Shown piece after piece: positions 1 to 8,426 of a DNA stretch of 64,000 bases; position 1 is the stretch's first letter, and each line of letters begins with the position of its first letter. The position numbers were made by a program, and so were the translations under genes. Source of the DNA: Bacteroidota bacterium (lineage in GTDB: Bacteria; Bacteroidota; Bacteroidia; CAILMK01); contig JABDBQ010000011.1 of the NCBI GenBank assembly GCA_013288555.1, forward strand, positions 1,820-65,819, read 5' to 3'. Below the pieces are notes generated by a model. The model searched no databases. It worked only from the letters and a program-made list of their open reading frames with translations, and had not been told where the DNA came from.

Positions 1-61
1 ATTGGCTCAAAAGTAGAAAAATTCTATGGATTGGGAGATGGTTCTTTGCTTTGATTGACCC

Positions 62-607
62 TCATTCCTTATACCCCGGGTATAATCTGAACAAACTGTC
101 CTGCAAATCATCATGCACCGATTTTCTTTTCAGCCACTCGTATCTAAGGTATTTGAGTTCTGATATGGTCCATTGGCTAAATGGTTTCGATTTGATAAAA
201 ATAACATGTTTGATATGATATTCTTCCATGGCTCCCATGCACATGGTACAGGGCTCGAAAGTGCTGTACATCATCAGTTCTTCATGGTCCAGGTTACGGA
301 ACCCATCCCATCCCAGTTTATTCAGGGCATTAGAAATGGCATTGATCTCTGCATGCCCACCGGCAAGATGATCTCGTCTAACCGTATTAAATCCTCTGCC
401 TATAATGGAATCATGATAAACTAGAATAGCACCGACAGGCACATCCAGGCTTGCAATGGCTTTATTACCAAGATTGGCGAGTTCTTTACGATAGGATGGT
501 TTGATTTCTGATCGAGACTTTATCAGGTACCATTTAGAAGCACAAAGAATGAGTATGATGCATCCGACAGAAGAAATCAACGCCCATAAAATGATTCTTT
601 TCTTCAT
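62..607 (-). CDS. Nucleoside deaminase (TadA/cytidine deaminase superfamily) with N-terminal hydrophobic anchor or signal
   Basis: Zn motifs HAE (GGHAEINA) and PCxxC (EPCTMC); PVGA motif; N-terminal MKKRIILWALISSVGCIILIL hydrophobic segment. Confidence 0.8.
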   Translation of the reverse strand: MKKRIILWALISSVGCIILILCASKWYLIKSRSEIKPSYRKELANLGNKAIASLDVPVGAILVYHDSIIGRGFNTVRRDHLAGGHAEINAISNALNKLGWDGFRNLDHEELMMYSTFEPCTMCMGAMEEYHIKHVIFIKSKPFSQWTISELKYLRYEWLKRKSVHDDLQDSLFRLYPGYKE

Positions 608-690
608 AAATATATTTTGTCAAACGCCATTCTCAAATCCTCAAATCCTCAAAACTTGTCCCGACCTCTTCGGGATTCCCAAATAATTCC

Positions 691-1470
691 TCACTCAAAC
701 TCCACCAATATCAGATGCCCGGTTTTAATGCCCAGCAAACTTGTGCAACTGCCTTTGTTAATGGCAATTTCCAGCAGGCCATTTGTACTGAACAAACACA
801 CTCTTTCCCCATCCTGAACTTCATTGTAATGGCTGTGGATCTTGTCGAAAAACTCATTACGGTTGTAACTGATTTTGAAATTTCTGCCTTTGGCGACTCT
901 TTCAAAACTTGACTTGTCAATATTCACAATGGCATTGCCGATATTGTCGATATAAATCACTGTTCCCCTGATGATAGATTCCTCAATCAGAGGTCGCATA
1001 TTGGCCTTGCGCACATAGTCAGGCATTGTCTTACCAAGCTTGCTTAAATTACCTGTTTCTGCCATCAGTAAAGCTGCAGGGGCAAATATTTTTTTTAGGG
1101 GAAAAATCAGGTCTTCGAGTGTGGCGGGTAGTTCCACAACTGCTTCAATATCTTCTTCATCAACTACCAGTGTAATAATTCCATTGTTATGACATATGAA
1201 AAAATGGCCTTTGGCTTTTGCTGCGATAAAACGGGTATCAGATCCGCGGCTGGCATCAATGCTTATAATATGTACCGTGCCGGGCGGGAAATCCTCAAAA
1301 CAACCGCGCAAAATAAAAGATGCTTCATCCAGCCTGAAGGGTTTTATTTGATGGGTTATATCCACTATATTTGCATCAGGCATCGTCTTCCATATGACAC
1401 CCTTTGCCGAAGGCACATAGAAATCTTTGTAGCCGAGGTCAGTGGTGAGTGTAATGATAGGTGAAGCCAT
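691..1470 (-). CDS. SAM hydrolase / SAM-dependent halogenase family protein (DUF62)
   Basis: N-terminal IITLTTDLG, VDITH, FPPGTVH, YIDNIGN and LLEIAIN motifs typical of the family. Confidence 0.85.
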   Translation of the reverse strand: MASPIITLTTDLGYKDFYVPSAKGVIWKTMPDANIVDITHQIKPFRLDEASFILRGCFEDFPPGTVHIISIDASRGSDTRFIAAKAKGHFFICHNNGIITLVVDEEDIEAVVELPATLEDLIFPLKKIFAPAALLMAETGNLSKLGKTMPDYVRKANMRPLIEESIIRGTVIYIDNIGNAIVNIDKSSFERVAKGRNFKISYNRNEFFDKIHSHYNEVQDGERVCLFSTNGLLEIAINKGSCTSLLGIKTGHLILVEFE

Positions 1471-1521
1471 AGGATTGAAACAAAATTATCCTATTTTTAT
1501 GTTATCCAGTGAGAGAACATC

Positions 1522-1633
1522 TAAAAACATACCTATTATCTTCTCCTTTAGGAGAAGGACTCAGGATGAGGCGATAAAAACATACCGATTTCCTTCTCCT
1601 TCGGGAGAAGGCAAGGATGAGGTGATAAAAACA
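1522..1633. repeat. Tandem pair of ~52 bp REP-like units (CTTCTCCTT..GGAGAAGG..GGATGAGG)
   Basis: Units 1522-1574 and 1575-1625 both start TAAAAACATACC and contain a CTTCTCC/GGAGAAG hairpin. Confidence 0.8.
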
Positions 1634-1666
1634 AAATTTTTAGAGGTTCTCATAAAATAAACCATT

Positions 1667-2626
1667 TTGAGCGAAGCAAAGATTAATCTCGACGATGTAC
1701 ACCCGATAAGTTTTCTCGGGATCAACAATCAAAATTTCAAGTTATTACAACAGGCATTTCCCAAGCTTAAGATCATAGCAAGGGGCAATGAGATCATTAT
1801 CAAGGGCGATCCTGAGGAAATAGAACGCTTGAGCGATAAAATAGAACTCATCCTGAAATACCTTAGCCGGTACAATACCATTACCGAGGAAAAACTGGTA
1901 GACCTCCTGGGCGATATTCCGCCACCGGCCGTGAGTGAGGATGCGGATCAGAAAGACGCGGGATTTTTATTGGTTGGGAACGACGGTGCTGTTATCCGTG
2001 CCAAAACGCCAAACCAGATTGCACTTGTAGAAGCGGCAAATGTGAATGACCTGATCTTTGCCGTTGGCCCTGCCGGTACAGGTAAAACCTATACATCTGT
2101 TGCTATAGCTGTCAGGGCTTTAAAGCGAAAAGAGATAAAGAGGATCATCATTGCACGTCCGGCAGTGGAAGCAGGGGAGAACCTCGGATTTTTGCCTGGT
2201 GACCTTAAAGAAAAAATAGATCCTTATCTACGCCCTGTTTATGATGCATTGGACGATATGATCCCGGCTGAGAAACTGAAGCAGTATTTTGAGCAGCGTA
2301 CCATTGAAGTGGCACCCCTGGCGTTCATGAGGGGACGTACCCTTAACAATGCCGTGGTGATCCTCGACGAAGCACAGAATGCCACACATTCGCAGCTTAA
2401 AATGTTTTTAACCCGGATGGGGCCGAATGCAAAGTTTATCATCACCGGAGACCTTACCCAGATAGACCTGCCCAAACAAGGCAGTTCGGGATTGCTGAAT
2501 GCCATACATATTCTTAAAAACATTCCGGGGATCAGTATTATTGAACTTACCGTACAGGATGTTATACGCCACAGGCTTGTGAAGAGCATCGTGAATGCCT
2601 ATGAGCAGTTTAAGCAGATTGATTAG
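1667..2626 (+). CDS. phoH: PhoH family ATPase
   Basis: GPAGTGKT Walker A, RPAVEAGENLGFLPGD, LAFMRGRT, DEAQN, GDLTQIDLP. Confidence 0.95.
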   Translation: MSEAKINLDDVHPISFLGINNQNFKLLQQAFPKLKIIARGNEIIIKGDPEEIERLSDKIELILKYLSRYNTITEEKLVDLLGDIPPPAVSEDADQKDAGFLLVGNDGAVIRAKTPNQIALVEAANVNDLIFAVGPAGTGKTYTSVAIAVRALKRKEIKRIIIARPAVEAGENLGFLPGDLKEKIDPYLRPVYDALDDMIPAEKLKQYFEQRTIEVAPLAFMRGRTLNNAVVILDEAQNATHSQLKMFLTRMGPNAKFIITGDLTQIDLPKQGSSGLLNAIHILKNIPGISIIELTVQDVIRHRLVKSIVNAYEQFKQID

Positions 2627-2640
2627 TTAAGGTCTGATGT

Positions 2641-2665
2641 GGAGACAAGGCAATGCCTTGTCTCC
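2641..2665. repeat. REP palindrome GGAGACAAGGCA-A-TGCCTTGTCTCC
   Basis: Perfect hairpin between convergent genes; related copies at ~6271-6295 and ~6385-6411. Confidence 0.8.
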
Positions 2666-2682
2666 TGTGGTTAATCGACATA

Positions 2683-3558
2683 TTATGTCTTAATTTCCCA
2701 TACCTTATACCTGCCATTAATATACCGAAGGACAATTTCCTTTATCGCTGATCCTTTGTATATTTTAATAACATAAGACGACCCACCGTTTTCATAAAGC
2801 CTTAAGTTTTCATCGTAAACAGTTGTATCTTTTGTATTTATATTTTCAAGATTCCGGCTTATTTTTTTTATCAACCTGAAAACTCCTGATTTATCGTTTT
2901 CAATTTCTGAACCCATATTTCTTTTGAAAAAAATAGCTTTTTTACCTTCATATATTTCTAAATCAGGGGCAACCATGGCGCTGATTTCTTTATTTGAGGA
3001 TGATGTGAAAGCTTTAACTATCTTTTTAAAAGAGGGAGTATCTGACCCGAGCTTAAGATCTTTTGAACTCCATGTGTTTTTTATTTTAATACTGGATAAA
3101 ACACCTTTTGGATTTATTTCAAATGAATAATTTGAACTGTCGTAATCCAATCGTTTCCCATATTCTCCAATGTCAACTATTTCGGTAGGTTTGCCAAATA
3201 AGGAAATTATATGGGCCTCAGGAACACCGAGTTTGAGATTGTGGAACCCCAGGTCGGTTGCAGTATTAGTTCCTGTAATTTGAATGGACCAGATTATTCC
3301 GGTATCTTCTGCTGCGTATTCAAATACGATATACAATGAAGTATCAGGCTTTATAATAAATGCCTCATAAACATAACCGTCTTCAAATTTATCGTGCTTG
3401 TACGATTTGCCAAATTCATTGGATGCTGTTTCGCGGTACTGCCCTATTTGGAAGCCATAGAGGTCTGTTTCACATTTCTGCCCATTCGTTTTTGATATTA
3501 GTAATAATCCAGAAACAATGACTAACAGCCTGATCTTATTTTTATAGTTTAACTGCAT
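2683..3558 (-). CDS. Hypothetical secreted protein
   Basis: 291 aa ORF with signal-peptide-like N-terminus; low GC; no family recognised. Confidence 0.6.
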   Translation of the reverse strand: MQLNYKNKIRLLVIVSGLLLISKTNGQKCETDLYGFQIGQYRETASNEFGKSYKHDKFEDGYVYEAFIIKPDTSLYIVFEYAAEDTGIIWSIQITGTNTATDLGFHNLKLGVPEAHIISLFGKPTEIVDIGEYGKRLDYDSSNYSFEINPKGVLSSIKIKNTWSSKDLKLGSDTPSFKKIVKAFTSSSNKEISAMVAPDLEIYEGKKAIFFKRNMGSEIENDKSGVFRLIKKISRNLENINTKDTTVYDENLRLYENGGSSYVIKIYKGSAIKEIVLRYINGRYKVWEIKT

Positions 3559-3653
3559 AGAGCAAATATAATTAAATCCTCTTTTTCATGGTCTTCCGCA
3601 AATACATCAATTTCGCCTTATTCCATTTTGTTTGAGGCATATTTATTCATTAA

Positions 3654-3671
3654 ACATGATTTTAATCATGT
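3654..3671. promoter_or_regulatory. CRP/FNR-like palindrome ACATGAT-TTTA-ATCATGT
   Basis: Perfect 7-4-7 inverted repeat resembling TGAT-N4-ATCA, ~30 nt upstream of the ATG at 3704. Confidence 0.5.
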
Positions 3672-3685
3672 AACAGGAAATTGAT

Positions 3686-5512
3686 TTGCTGGAAATTTGT
3701 AGAATGGGAAGTAGTATTCATTCATTTCATATACCCGTCATGGGTCTGGCTTTTACAATTGACAGTCCGATAAAAGTAGCCAGATACGGCATTTCGAGCG
3801 TTATTTCTATCATTGATGATGTTTTGATAGAAGACATGCGCAAGTATTACAGCAAAGAATTTGGTTTGGATTATGAGCCGATAAAAGAATTTGACGATGA
3901 TTTCCGTGCGCGGCGTATCACGGCTTATCTCGACCTGGTGCATGATGAAGTAAACCGGCAGTTTGATATTTTAAAAAATGAGTCACTGGATACTGAAAGT
4001 GACCTGACCAAATATCTTGATATGCTGGATGATCGGTCATCCATTAAAATGCTGTATCATAAATACCGGGAAACGAAAAATGAAAATGAAAAGCGGATGC
4101 TTTCAAAAAGCATTCGTGAAGCCATAAAGCCGGGAAGTATAGATGTCAATGTGATGTCGAAAATTGATCCTCCCGCCCATACCAAAAAAGGAGAGCTCCT
4201 GCCACCGGAATATTCTGCTGCGGTAGCGGCTTTGCGCGGTTTTGCCAAAAGCAAGCTGAATTCGTCGGTTGTATTGTCGGCAGGTTTTAATCCCAGGTTG
4301 TATGGCTTTTTAGATAAACTGGACGACTTTTTTCCGGATGAAGAGGGTGAAATGAAGAAAAGAGTTATTCTCAAAGTAAGTGATTTCCGTTCGGCACGCA
4401 TCCAGGGACAATACCTTGCCAAAAGAGGCATATTTGTTTCCGAGTTCCGCATAGAATCGGGACTGAATTGTGGGGGCCATGCATTCCCAACCGAAGGATA
4501 TCTGCTGGGACCGATCTTGCAGGAATTTAAAAGCAACCGCAAACAACTTTCTGTTGAGCTAAGCGATCTATGCGCCAAAGCATGGACGGAGAAAGGGCTT
4601 AATGTTCATGGTCTTATCCCTGAAGTCCGAGTTACCGTTCAGGGAGGTATTGGCACAGCCAACGAAAATCGTTTTCTTCTGGATCATTATGAAGTAAACA
4701 GCACCGGCTGGGGTACACCATTTTTGTTAGTTCCTGAGGCTACCAACCTTGATGCTGAAACACTTGAAGCTCTTGCGCATGCGACACCCGATCAGTTGTT
4801 CCTGAGCCAGTCATCACCACTTGGTGTGCCGTTCAATAATTTCAGTATGTCGGCAAGTGAATTGCAAAGAAAAGACCGCATTGCGCATAACAAACCAGGT
4901 AGTCCTTGTCTGAAAAAATTCCTGGTTTCAAATACAGAATTTTCAAAAGACCCGATTTGCACCGCTTCCAAACAGTACATTCATCATAAGCTCCAGGCAC
5001 TGGAGGCCGGCAATTTGCCGAAGGAAGAATATGATATACAATATGAGACTGTTACAGCCAAAGAATGTCTTTGTGAAGACCTCGCTGCACCGGCATATAT
5101 CAATGGGCATATAAAAACGAGGCTAAAACAATTTACCGCCGTATGTCCCGGGCCCAACCTGCCTTTTTTTACAGGTAAGTTTACCTTAAAGCAAATGGTA
5201 GATCATATCTATGGCCGCATCAACCTGCTTAATAATACCTATAGGCCGAATATGTTTCTCAATGAACTGAAATTATATATCGATTATATCGCCAAAGAGA
5301 TCAAGAAGCATTTCAAGGCATTGTCACCCAAGCAGATCAATTTCTTTTCGAGCTTCATTAAAAATCTGCAGGATGGTATACAATACTACAAAGAGCTTAT
5401 CCCTCTAATGAAAATTGAAACGGCAGAATACCTGAAAAGAATGCAGGAAGACCTCGCCAGCCTGGAAGTTAGCTTACTGGAAATCCGCTTGCCGGAACTG
5501 GTATTAGCCTGA
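3686..5512 (+). CDS. Conserved hypothetical protein (Cys-rich, possible redox enzyme); likely start ATG 3704
   Basis: 608 aa; HSFHIPVMG, ESGLNCGGHAF, VQGGIG, GWGTPFL, CLCEDL and VCPGPN motifs. Confidence 0.7.
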   Translation: MLEICRMGSSIHSFHIPVMGLAFTIDSPIKVARYGISSVISIIDDVLIEDMRKYYSKEFGLDYEPIKEFDDDFRARRITAYLDLVHDEVNRQFDILKNESLDTESDLTKYLDMLDDRSSIKMLYHKYRETKNENEKRMLSKSIREAIKPGSIDVNVMSKIDPPAHTKKGELLPPEYSAAVAALRGFAKSKLNSSVVLSAGFNPRLYGFLDKLDDFFPDEEGEMKKRVILKVSDFRSARIQGQYLAKRGIFVSEFRIESGLNCGGHAFPTEGYLLGPILQEFKSNRKQLSVELSDLCAKAWTEKGLNVHGLIPEVRVTVQGGIGTANENRFLLDHYEVNSTGWGTPFLLVPEATNLDAETLEALAHATPDQLFLSQSSPLGVPFNNFSMSASELQRKDRIAHNKPGSPCLKKFLVSNTEFSKDPICTASKQYIHHKLQALEAGNLPKEEYDIQYETVTAKECLCEDLAAPAYINGHIKTRLKQFTAVCPGPNLPFFTGKFTLKQMVDHIYGRINLLNNTYRPNMFLNELKLYIDYIAKEIKKHFKALSPKQINFFSSFIKNLQDGIQYYKELIPLMKIETAEYLKRMQEDLASLEVSLLEIRLPELVLA

Positions 5513-5553
5513 CCTGTTATAAAATTTTTTTCTCCTCTTCTATTGCTGAATTG

Positions 5554-5584
5554 ATCCCCACAGGTTAATAAGACCTGCGGGGAT
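5554..5584 (+). terminator. Stem-loop, probable intrinsic terminator
   Basis: ATCCCCACAGGT...ACCTGCGGGGAT hairpin just after the stop at 5512. Confidence 0.5.
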
Positions 5585-5691
5585 TCGGTTATATTCCTAA
5601 CCTTTGCGTTGACAGGATCGTCTCATTGCTAAAGTAAAATTATTCCGAAGCAGGAGCTTTTCAAAAAAACAAAATTCAAAAACCCAAACCC

Positions 5692-6252
5692 ATGAAAAGC
5701 TTATTTTATGTTGTCCTATTATTCCTGATAAGCATTCTGAGTTCCTGTAAAATCGCGCAAAAGCCTCAGCATATTCAGATTGATAAGCTTTTTTCAGAGC
5801 AGCAATTAAAGAGAGAAAACGATTCTGTATCTCAGAAACAAAAACGGATTCGAGTTAATGATCAATTACAATCCGAATCCGGGCACGACAGTATTACAAA
5901 ACAGGACGTTCTCAATAATACATCTAAAAGTGAATCATTGACTCAAATCAAGGCTTTCAAAAACCATATTGAAACGGCTATAAATCTTCCGATTAATGAA
6001 ATTAAAACAATAAGAATTTCAATGCTGAAGCCATCTTCATCGGCAGCTGGTTTTTCAAAAAATGCAAATGTAGAATCAAATATTTATTCAAAACTGGCCA
6101 CTGTTTTTCTTTTATTGACATTAGCCATGATTGTACTTTTTTTTATTGGCAGTGGAACTTCCCTTGCCCTGGTCGGGGTTGCAATTTTACTAGGAGGACT
6201 ATCTTTATTTCTTTGTCTTCTGTTTTTCATTCTGGGATTGGTGATTAAATAG
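5692..6252 (+). CDS. Hypothetical lipoprotein with two C-terminal TM helices
   Basis: Lipobox LSSC; two hydrophobic segments at the C-terminus. Confidence 0.6.
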   Translation: MKSLFYVVLLFLISILSSCKIAQKPQHIQIDKLFSEQQLKRENDSVSQKQKRIRVNDQLQSESGHDSITKQDVLNNTSKSESLTQIKAFKNHIETAINLPINEIKTIRISMLKPSSSAAGFSKNANVESNIYSKLATVFLLLTLAMIVLFFIGSGTSLALVGVAILLGGLSLFLCLLFFILGLVIK

Positions 6253-6724
6253 GGAATTTCATTTTTCTGCAGAGACAAGTCATTGCCTTGTCTCCTGTCT
6301 GGATCAAATTATTAATTTGAATACCAGGGAATCAATCAGGCAGTTGTCATATATATATTTATCAATCTAAATGATTTCTCTCGGGGAGACAAGGCAGTGC
6401 CTTTGTCTCTACAATGCATCTAGTCAGGGCTTCGAGAAACCAGCCACTGTATTGTTCGTTATTTTCTATTTCCTATTCTCATTCTCGAATTCCCAAATTC
6501 CAAGTTTCAAGTTTCAAATTTGAACTTTCCATCAGAGTCTCACCCGGAACCATGTTGCTGACCCACAAATCAATGTGGACTCTGATGTTCTACTCACAAG
6601 AATTGTGCTTGCATTCGCGTATTCCTCAGAGTCCCCTCGGCGATGGATGGGTTAGGATCATATAAGGGGGAGACATCTGAGGGAAAGATAAAAAAATGAA
6701 ACATTTTGAAAAATATTTTCGCTT

Positions 6725-6810
6725 GTAACATATTGAATATATATAAGTTAAAAAATATTTTTCACGAGCACCCACCCACTTGGGCAGTTCGCTATATATG
6801 TATGTAAAAA
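6725..6810 (+). promoter_or_regulatory. Dispersed motif P, copy A (IHF-like site + CCACCCACTT + CTATATATGTA); putative alternative-sigma promoter
   Basis: Gap-free alignment with 37370-37454 (+) and 28643-28729 (-). Confidence 0.7.
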
Positions 6811-6849
6811 CAGGCGTAAGGGATAAGGCGTAAGGCGTAAGTGGATGGC
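6811..6849. repeat. Heptamer-type tandem repeat (AGGCGTA) unit
   Basis: 38/39 identical to 35962-36000; diverged inverted copy at 28802-28834. Confidence 0.8.
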
Positions 6850-6960
6850 GCGAGAGAATCATGCTAATCATTTAATCATATGAATCAAGGTTCAGACAAT
6901 TTTCGGGAACAAAATCAGATCTCTTCCCGAGCACTCGGGATCGAGATGACAGAAATTAAA

Positions 6961-7162
6961 AAGATAAACCGCCGTTTTTGGGCATTCTGGATTGATATTT
7001 CTCTGTTATCGCCTGTTATTTGTCAATGAGTTACGCGTAATTAGTTTAAAATAAATAAGTTAAAAAATGAAAAAAATGAAATTTGTCAAATATCAGGCCA
7101 GTTTGCTGGAAATGGCGTTTTTAAGAATTTATCAGGCCAGAATGCCGGAAGCGCGGTTTTTG
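6961..7162. repeat. Dispersed element D, copy 1 (inverted/direct arms around IHF-like sites)
   Basis: First 100 nt are 81/100 identical, without gaps, to 37561-37660; left arm 6981-6996 is inverted relative to 7092-7107 and 7131-7146. Confidence 0.75.
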
Positions 7163-7345
7163 ATTCGGACCAAATCCCCCTGCCCTCCCGAAGAAGTCGG
7201 GACAGGCCGTTGGAAGGGGGATTCCCTTCTTATTACTTTGAAATTGTAAATGAAAATTAAAGCATTGTCTCAACATTGTTTTTGTAAAGTCAAATATTGA
7301 ATGAATGTCAACAGGTTTTGTTAATTGATCATTGGTTATTGATCA

Positions 7346-8356
7346 TTGGTGCCTTTGGTCAATGAATATAAAACTTCTAACTTCGCACACAAGATGACAA
7401 CAGAATCCACATCCATCAAACAAACCAGTTTTCAGCTGCCGGGGCAGACAAATTTCTATCGCGGCAAGGTACGCGATGTGTATGAAATAGATTATCGCCT
7501 GATGGTGATGGTGGCTTCCGACCGAATTTCAGCTTTTGATTATATCCTGCCACGGGAGATACCTGGTAAGGGCGCCATCCTGAATACTATCGCGGCTTTT
7601 TTCCTGGAAATGACGCACCATGATGTCCCGAACTGGCTTTTAAAAGTGCCTGACGGCAGGGTATCTATCGGATACAAATGTGAACCCTTTCCTGTAGAAA
7701 TGGTGATCAGGGGCCGGCTTTGCGGACACGCATTGAGAGAATATTCATCCGGCAAAAGAATATTATGCGGCATGCCAATGCCTGAAAACATGAAGCCCTA
7801 TGAGGCATTTCCTGAACCGATTATAACGCCGTCTACCAAGGCGCATGAAGGGCACGATGAAGACATATCGAGAGAAGAGATTCTGAAAAGAGGATTGGTT
7901 TCAGCCGAGGATTATGCCGCCCTCGAAAACTATACCTGCAAACTTTTTGAGGCCGGGGCAAACTATGCTTCAGAGCGCGGATTGATCCTTGCGGATACCA
8001 AATTTGAATTCGGAAAAAAGGACGGGAACATATACCTGATAGATGAAATACTGACCCCTGATTCTTCCAGGTATTATTATGCTGATGGGTACGATGATCA
8101 TGTAAAACAGGGAATCACACCAAAGCAACTTTCAAAAGAATTTGTGCGGGAATGGCTGATGGAGAATGGGTTCCAGGGACTGGAAGGCCAGAAAATGCCG
8201 GAAATGAGTGATGAAGTCGTAGAGATGATATCAAACCGGTACAAAGAACTTTTCAGCCTGGTTACCGGCCAGGATTTCGAAACGGTAAAAACGGCATCCG
8301 ATGTAAATGCCCTCGAAAGAAAAATACAATCGGCCTTAAAAGAGATTGATATTTAA
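7346..8356 (+). CDS. purC: Phosphoribosylaminoimidazole-succinocarboxamide synthase (likely start ATG 7394)
   Basis: YRGKVRDVY, SDRISAFD, TPSTKA, ADTKFEFG, DEILTPDSSRY, LSKEFVR. Confidence 0.95.
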   Translation: MVPLVNEYKTSNFAHKMTTESTSIKQTSFQLPGQTNFYRGKVRDVYEIDYRLMVMVASDRISAFDYILPREIPGKGAILNTIAAFFLEMTHHDVPNWLLKVPDGRVSIGYKCEPFPVEMVIRGRLCGHALREYSSGKRILCGMPMPENMKPYEAFPEPIITPSTKAHEGHDEDISREEILKRGLVSAEDYAALENYTCKLFEAGANYASERGLILADTKFEFGKKDGNIYLIDEILTPDSSRYYYADGYDDHVKQGITPKQLSKEFVREWLMENGFQGLEGQKMPEMSDEVVEMISNRYKELFSLVTGQDFETVKTASDVNALERKIQSALKEIDI

Positions 8357-8426
8357 TTTCCTGAGGACTCTTTTTTATATGTTTTCTTTTACATTTGCAA
8401 TATTCTCAACCTGAATTAAATCCCTT

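Noticed and set aside
6626-6871. Similar short ORFs at 6626-6871 (-) and 37235-37465 (-) (YIYSE.PKWVG) as a small-protein family
   Set aside because: The similarity is confined to motif P read on the reverse strand, and the starts and ends are unrelated; best explained as non-coding conservation.
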